Positions 56,404 to 64,000 of a DNA stretch of 64,000 bases are shown piece by piece. The DNA comes from Balanoglossus misakiensis. Its lineage: Eukaryota; Animalia; Hemichordata. Each line of letters begins with the position of its first letter. Within the stretch, counting starts at the first letter, position 1. The notes beneath the pieces are model-generated. The model searched no databases. It worked only from the letters and a program-made list of their open reading frames with translations, and had not been told where the DNA came from. The stretch lies in assembly GCA_040954595.2 (NCBI GenBank), contig CM082580.2, positions 5,446,783-5,510,782 of the forward strand, given 5' to 3'. A program made the position numbers and the translations under genes.

Positions 56404-59400
56404 TCATTGTGAAGCGCCTTGTGTGTCACTCAAATCTGCCGGTCGGGGTTCCTTATAATCAGACCGCACTGATGTCTTACCCGTTCCAGGAAGAAAAAGT
56501 CCACTCTCCCTACTTCCAGTGTCCTCCCTATGGGATGCACCAGTCAGTTTGTCACGTGGATCTCCTTGTTGTGTGTATTGCAGTTGTCCCAATACACTTG
56601 GATCCACTACTTCATGTGCAAGAAGTTCTCTGTGCTCAGGTCTTTCACGTCTGTGTTCACCTCTGATGTATTCCCTGTGCAAATATGGCTCGGCTCCTGT
56701 ATATGTTATAGGGCCACTCTTCTGTGTTGTAATAACTTGTCTACCTGATGGAGCAATGTCAGATTCTCTCATGCCTTGCTGATGCCTTTCTGTCAACCCT
56801 CCTAACACTGTTGACTGTGCTTCTCCATACACAGGTTCACCATATTCAACTGTTCTCTCTAGACTTCCTGTTGAAACACCTTGATCGCCACTCAAACCTG
56901 ACAGATGGGATTCCTTACGACCAGATAGAGCCTGCTTGACATTAGGGTCTCTTTGATGTGCGTATTGCGTTTGCCCTAGTGAAGTTGAATCTACTCCTTC
57001 ACGTGGAAGAGGTTCTTTGTGCTCACTGACAGGTGTTCTATGTAGAAGTGTTTCACTGTCTTTACCGCTGATGTATTCCCTACGCCAATATGGCTCGGCT
57101 CCTGTATATGTTATAGGGCCACTCTTCTGTGTTGTAATAACTTGGCTACCTGATGGAGCAATGTCAGTGTCTCTCATGCCTTGCTGATGCTGCTGCTGCT
57201 GCCGTTCTTTCAAACCTCCTAACCCCGTTGACCGTGCTTCTTTATACACAATAGGTTCACCGTATTCAACTGTTCTCCCTTGACTCCTTGATGTAGCATC
57301 TAGCGTGTCACTCACATCTCCCGGGTGGGATTCCTTACGACCAGACCACATTGATGACTTGCCTATTTCAGGACGCAAAGGTCCACTCTCCGTACTTAGT
57401 GTGTCTTGTCTATGGGATGCAACAGTCAGTTTGTCACGTGGGTCTCCTTGTTGTGTGTATTGCATTTGTCCAAGCAAAGTTGAATCTACTCCTTCACGTG
57501 TAAGATGTGGTGTGTGCTCAGGTTTTTCACGCAGAAATGTTCCACTGTCTTTACCTCTAATGTATTCCTTGCGGACATATGGGTCCTCAGTTACACTCAC
57601 CATTCCCTTCTGCGCCTCTTTCAAATCAGTTGACATCAATGACTCACCTATCCCAGAAGGATAAGTTCTGCCTCCCAGAGTTTCTGTACCATGTTTAAAT
57701 GACGACGCAACTCGACTGTCATCTGTGGTTGGCTGTGGCGTTTGTGTTCTGTCCCCAGGACTCATTGACTCAAATCGTGTATAGGTTATAGGGTCACTCT
57801 TCTGTGTTGTAATAACTTTGCTACCTGATGGAGCAATGTCAGTGTCTCTCATGCCTTGCTGCTGTAGTCTTTCTTCAAACCCTCCTAATACTGTTGACTG
57901 TGCTTCGTCATACACAACAGGGTCACCATATTCAACTGTTCTCCCCAGACTCCCTGATGAAACGCCTAGTGTTCCGCTCAAATCTGCAGGTTGGGATTCC
58001 TTACCATCAGACCACATTGATGACCTGTCCGTGTCATGCAGAAAAGGTCCACTCTCCACACTTCCGGTGCCCTGCCTATGTGATGCAAAAGTCTTGCTGT
58101 CATGTATGTTTGCTTCCGGGTCACGTTTCCTGTACCCCGATACACTTGAATCCGCTCCTCCGTGTGACAGAAATTCGCTGTGCTCAGAACCTTCACGTGG
58201 AATGGGTACGCTGTCTCTACCTCTAATGTATTCCCTGTGCAAGTACGGCCCTTCGGTAACACCCACCATTTCCTTTTGCACCTCTCTAATGCCAGCTGAC
58301 AACATTGACTCGCCTATCTCGGGAGTATAAACACCGCCTCTCTGAGTTTCTGTACCATGTTTAAATGAAGAGGCAACTTTGCCGGCATCAATGTTTGGCT
58401 GTGGCATTTGTGTTCTCTCTCCAGGCACCACCGACTCGGTTCTTGTATATGCCATAGGGCCACTCTTCTCCGTTGTAATGACATGGCTACCTGATGGCGC
58501 AACGTCAGTGTCTTTTATGATGTGCTGCTGCCTTTCTTTCAGCCCTTCTTCATGCATAAGTGGTGCACTATATTCTGATGTTCTCTCTAGACTTTCTGAT
58601 AAAGCACCTCGTGTGTCCCTCGAATCTGCCTGCTTGCCCTCCTTATGTTCGGACAGCATTGATGACCTGGCTGTTTCATGCAGAGAAGGTCCGCTTTCCA
58701 CACTTCTAGTGTCTTGCCTATGGGATGCAACAGTCTGGATGTCCCCCACGTCTGCTTCTGGAGCATGTTTCGTGTATCCTTGTATACTTCTATCCACGCC
58801 TTCACTTCCGAGAAATTCGCTTTGCTCAAAACTTTCACGTAGGATCGTCTCACTATCTCTACCTCTAATGAATTCCCTGTGCAAATGCGGCCCTTCAGTA
58901 ACACCCATCATTTCCTTTTGTACCTCTTTAACATCAGCTGACAACAAAGACTGACTTTTCTCAGGAGGATAGGATCCGCTTCTTTGTGTTTCTACATCAT
59001 GTTTAAATGAAGGAGCAACTTTGCTGGTATCTATGCTTGGTTGAAGCGTTTGTGTTCTGTCTCCTGGCGCCATTGACCCAGATCTTGTATATGTAATAGG
59101 GCCACTCTTCTGTGTTGTAATAACTTGTCTACCTGATGCAGCAATGTCAGTGTCTTTCATGCCTTGCTGTTGACTTTCTTTCAAACCTCCAGCGACTATT
59201 GACTGTGCTTCTTCATACCCAACAGGTTCATTATATTCAACTGTTCTCCCTTGTCTCCCTGATGATGCAGTCTGTGAATCACTCAAGTCTGCCGGTTGGG
59301 ATTCCTTACGATCAGACCATATTGAAGTCTTGCCCTTTTCGGGAAGAAAAGGTCCACTCTCCGTACTTCCAGTGTCATCCATATGGGATGATACAGTCAA

Positions 59401-62400
59401 TTTGTCATGTGGGTCTCCGTGTTGGGGGTATTTCGTTTGTCCCGATGAAGTTGAATCTACTCCTTCACGTGCGAGAAATTCACTGTGCTCTGGTCTGTCA
59501 GATGGAGTTGTCTCATGTCCGGCTTCACCTCTGATGTATTCCCTTTGCAAATACGGCTGGGCTCCTGTATAAGTTATAGGGCCACTCTTCTGTGTTGTAA
59601 TAACCTGTCTACCTGATTGAGCAATGTCAGTGTCTCTTATGTCTTGCTGCTTGTCATGTGGGCCTCCTTGTTGCGAGTACTTCGTTTGTCCTGATGCAGT
59701 TGAATCTACTAGTATTCCTTCACGTGTAAGAGGTTGTATATAGTCAGGTGTTTCATGCAGAAATGTTCCGCTTCCTTTACCTTCAGTGGATTCCTTATGG
59801 ACATATGGGTCCTCGGTTACACTCACCACTTCCTTCTGTGCGTCTTTCAAATCAGTTGACATCATTAACTCACCTATCCCAGGAGGATAAGTTCTGCCTC
59901 TCAGACTTTCAGTACCATGTTTAAATGAAGAGTGAACTTGGCCGGCATCTATGGATGGTTGTGGTATTTGTGTTCTGTCTCCAGGACTCATTGACTCAAA
60001 TCGTGTATATGTTATAGGGTCACTCTTCTGTGCTGTTATAACTTGGCTTCCTGATGGAGCAATGTCAGTGTCTTTTATTTCTTGTTGCCTTTCTTTCAAA
60101 CCCCCCATCATCATTTGCTCTTCTTTTTCATACACACTAGGTTCACCATATTCAGCCGTTGCCTCTAGATTCTCTCGTGAAGCACCTCGTGTGTCCCTCG
60201 AATCTGCCTGCTTGACCTCCTTATGTTCGGGCGACATTGATGACATTGCTGATTCATGAAGAAAATGTCCACTCTCCACACTTCTAGTGTCTTGCCTAGG
60301 GGATGTATCGCTGTCACGTAAGTCTCCTTCTTGTGTACGTTTCATGTGTCCCAATATACTTGAATCCACTCTTTCTCTTGCAGGAAATTCTTTATGTTCA
60401 GATATTTCACGTGGAATCGACTCACTGTCTCTACCACTAAGGTATTCAGCATGCAAATATGGACTTTCAGTGACACCTACTGTTTCATCCTGTACCTCTT
60501 GCACGTCAGATGACAGCAATGACTCACTTATCCCAGAAGGATAAGTTCCACTTCTCTGAATTTCTGTTTCTTGTTGAAATGTGGTAGCAACCTGGCTGGT
60601 ATCCATGTTTCTCTGTAACATTTGTGGTCTATCTCCGGGCATCACCGACTCAGCTCGTACAGGCCCACTCTCCTCTGTAGTAAAAACTGATAAAGCAATT
60701 CCAGCGTCTCTTATGACTTGTTGCTTTTCTATCAGATCGGCCTGCTGTGCTTCTTTCCACTTATCCAACACCGATGGTCCAGCCTGTCCTTGCATTAAGG
60801 GGGCGTTCTCGCTGGGTCTGGTAATATCTTGACTATCTGCCTCCTGCTGAGAACTTCCACCGTCATGAATTCCTGCAAAGCTGGTGTCCTCTTCGCATAC
60901 TTGAGGATCACACTGTCTTCTGCTGGTGTGTAATTCTTTCTGGAACTCCATTTGTCGAGCTTGCTCAAGTATTGGCATTTCTTCAGCAGTTTTTGGTCTT
61001 TTGGTCATACTCGTCATGTGGACACTCTCGACATCTTTACGAATAAGACGTTCTCTCTCTGCTTCTGACCCGCTCTTTCTGAATAGGGACAGGATATTGG
61101 ATCCCTTGCTTGCAAGGCTAGAATAAAATGAACTTGGTTTTGCCTCTTCTCTTTGCTCTTGCATTCTAATTACAGTTGTCTGATTGATCGAGCCTCCCGC
61201 TTCACCAATTTCCGTGACAGATGTGTTCCTCCCATTAACACTTGCTAAAGACGCTATTTCATCATATCCATAATCTTGCGACGGTGATTGTTGCATTTTT
61301 CCCTTTCTCTGTTTACATGCACACACGGCTGCACCTACGCCTGTCCCAAGCAGGAAACTCGTGGTAGACATGAGGACGTTTGTCCAACTGCAACAGACAG
61401 AGAAAGGAATAACTATATTAGTGAAGTACATTGGTAAAATTTTATTAACACCATTGTAGACATTTTTCAAATCAGCAATACGCAGATAAAAACAATGTTG
61501 GCAAAGACTGTTTTATTGATATATAAAAGGTATATAATCACTTCTCATTTACATATGCCCATATATGGTTAAATGGGTGTATCTATGTCTTCGAATGACG
61601 ATGTGGTTGCGCAAGATTATTCGCGTTGCCATCTCGTGTAAATCTGTCATTTGCTATGTCTCAACTTGTCTTCAAGCTATGAGCAACTTTTTTTTGCTAA
61701 ATCTGAAAAATGTCCTTGTACACACGGCCTCGCCATCATTTAGTAATTCGTTACAATAGTTGAAATATGTTTGGATTTTTTTTTTCATTTCATGTTGGTT
61801 TGCGATGGTGATGTAAGACTTACTTCGACCTTAACCACTGAAGAAAGTCTTGTTGGCTGATGGTCGTATTTTCCTGATAAATGTTGGTTGGATCTTCAAT
61901 ATGATGGCGGCCTCCATAACTGCAATTACATCCATCAACTCCATCGTCACTATAGCGTTCACTGAGAAAAAAAGACATAAACCTATTGGAACTTTTTGGG
62001 GATTATAAGATATCCAGAAATATCGTATAAATCAAATTAATTCTTTGAAACTGCACAGACGTGTTTTTTTTCGGCAAATTGCTTTTTTTCAGCAGAAATT
62101 AGAATCGCCGTTTCGCCGAATCGCCCCCCCCCCTCTCTCTCTCTCTCTCTCGATCCGTACCTTGTAAGTGAACAGTTGCAATAGCAGAACGTACTGTTAC
62201 CAACTTGAAGCCAGTCTTCATCGTCAAAGCAACTTTTGAAACAGAAGAAGAAAACATTAAGAAAATAATGCTAAGTCAATGGTCATGTAACAAACAGCAT
62301 AGAATCATAGTCTTTCTGCGTACCTGGGCGGGGGGGGGGGGGAATAAGACCAATAATTTTGTCTGATGCTGTACAAATGTTCGGTGTATTTCGGTTTTGA

Positions 62401-63665
62401 TTTGTTTTTGTTGCGAATAATCAGAACGAAAGATGTCCCTTGCGTGGTAATTACATACGGGCTGTAATACTTGTGAACAGGAGGACATTTCAGCTTGATT
62501 ATTTTTTTTTCTGTTTTGGAAACAATCAGGGGAATCCGTCGGACTTAACAATAACAGATAAATTCCTTGCTGTCATTTTTCCCCGCGTCAATCGTTAAGG
62601 CTTACCACGTGATGCTTAAACCTAAATACATGTAAGTGCAACATAAGTGTCGTCAGAGGGCGCTTCCTGAAATATTTATTCCCACAGGAAAGAGTTGATA
62701 TGAGCAGGTCGTACCTTATCAAGGAACAGTCGTTTGTGCAGCATGAACTCTCATCGGAGCAGATTTCTTCCAGGTCTGACCTATAACAACGAATCAAATA
62801 GCAAAGTCATCGGTGTGAAGAGGTCAATCACGTTCCCCACTGGATTCTTTTATGTGTTACGTAAGAGAAGTTTGCTGTTGTTTTGTGACCAGGTGTGTTT
62901 TCGCTTTAAATACTTTCGTAATTTGAATTTAGCGTGACCAGGTGTGGTGCATTCATTATTTGCCCATATAAAAAGCCCGCACGTTGTGTTGCGGCGTAGC
63001 TACTAATTTGGACTTGCCCGCGTGAGCTGTTCTGTTCCTCGCCGGCTTGAAAGCTGTGCCTTGTTTCATGCTGCCCTGGTCTGGAAACCGCGCCCAGAAG
63101 TCGTGCTACCTCATGGGGGAATTCGTCTGAAAGCCGTGCCGTCTACCGGGGAATTGTGCCAGAACGCTACTCGGACTGAACGTCGTTGTTGGGACTGAAC
63201 GTCGTTGTTGGGACTGAACGTCGCTGTTGGGACTGCCGTGGTGCTGGTCGCGTTCGTCGTGCGCTACAGAACCTTGGACTCTAGTTTATTTTCATTTCCC
63301 ACACCTGGTCACATTTAAGGTAGTCATTTATTTTTGTGTGTTGTCTTCCCAGTGTACAATCTTTTTATATTTACCAATGTTTATAGTTGTAGTAATTAAA
63401 AGTTTCCATAAGCAAGGAAATAACGTGTGATGTGCCTATTGTTGACCGTCTTTGTTGCGTGCTGCGCTGGTTGGTTCACCAAAGCGAGCCATTCAGTAGC
63501 TCTATTTGCTCACTGCCCTGTTTCGGAACTGAACGGCCAGCGTGCCGTAACGTATGTCCTTGCGGTAGTGAGGCGTTTTTTTACGTCACATGTACGTACC
63601 TCGTGTCTGTACAGTTGCATTCACAACATGAAGCCTTTCCCTGACAATTCCCAAACACGATGCAT
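56404..63665 (-). CDS. Large orphan membrane protein C (5'-partial): Cys-rich micro-exon ectodomain, putative TM, long repetitive tail
   Basis: Phase-2 exons 63665-63600, 62780-62715, 62232-62161 and 61961-61824 splice in frame to a ~5-kb exon 61387-56404. A moderately hydrophobic segment (VLMSTTSFLLGTGVGAAVCAC) is followed by KQRKGK. No start exon was identified in the window. Confidence 0.75.
56410..60760 (-). repeat. Eight coding tandem repeats within gene C
   Basis: The anchor motif (V)ITTQKSGPITYT lies at 56715, 57120, 57795, 58461, 59103, 59583, 60021 and (degenerate) 60666. Spacings are 405, 675, 666, 642, 480, 438 and 645 nt, all multiples of 3. Confidence 0.9.
62855..63552 (+). mobile_element. 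Solo LTR (~698 bp), probably Gypsy-like
   Basis: Starts TGTTACG and ends CGTAACG (one mismatch from the inverted terminus), flanked by a TATG duplication (62851-62854, 63553-63556). Contains an internal TATAAAA (~62967) and a 19-bp tandem repeat GGACTGAACGTCGTTGTTG x3 (63173-63235). Confidence 0.7.
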
Positions 63666-64000
63666 CTGTAAGGGGAACAACACAATAGATCACATACATG
63701 AATTTCCTGCAGGTGGAAAACACCATGTTAGCATTGGGATGTAAAGAAAATTGCTGCACTAAATTTGATAAAAAAGCATCTACAGATACCAATCTAACAA
63801 GGTGATGGGCCAACTAACATCATGATAAATTTAGGAACAAATTGATAAATTCTAGCGACATGTGGCTGTAAAATGATTTCCTAAATTGGCTGTAAAGAAA
63901 ATAGCCCTGAAATTCCTGTTCGCAAACTTTTGTCATGACATCAATCTGACGTTGGATAGGGTTAATTGGTGGGGGCTGTGGTGCCAGGTTCGTTTGTCGC

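Noticed and set aside
61388-61470. N-terminal residues of the 1688-aa ORF as the true start
   Set aside because: Non-ATG start lying upstream of a good acceptor (ttctctgtctgttgcag). In-frame upstream exons exist.

Overview
Eukaryotic (animal) genomic DNA with GT-AG introns, microsatellites and non-autonomous transposons. Gene content is compatible with an invertebrate metazoan, but the taxon cannot be fixed from the sequence. Hand-spliced gene models, left to right: a PAQR5/6-like membrane progestin receptor (-); a 3-exon uncharacterised coiled-coil gene (-); an OTULIN-type linear-ubiquitin deubiquitinase with a very long N-terminal extension (+); METTL1 (-), head-to-head with an F-box/LRR gene (+); a tandem triplet of unrecognised secreted Cys-rich proteins (+); and three unrecognised single-pass membrane genes built from micro-exons (-). 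Two of the membrane genes share an identical 29/48-nt micro-exon architecture. The third has Cys-rich micro-exon modules and a ~1,630-aa repeat-built, Tyr-containing tail. Mobile DNA comprises two TTA-flanked TIR elements (one clipping the end of a coding sequence), a degenerate MITE and a solo LTR. The most novel-looking part is the 35-64 kb cluster of orphan secreted and membrane genes. All models are manual and lack transcript support.
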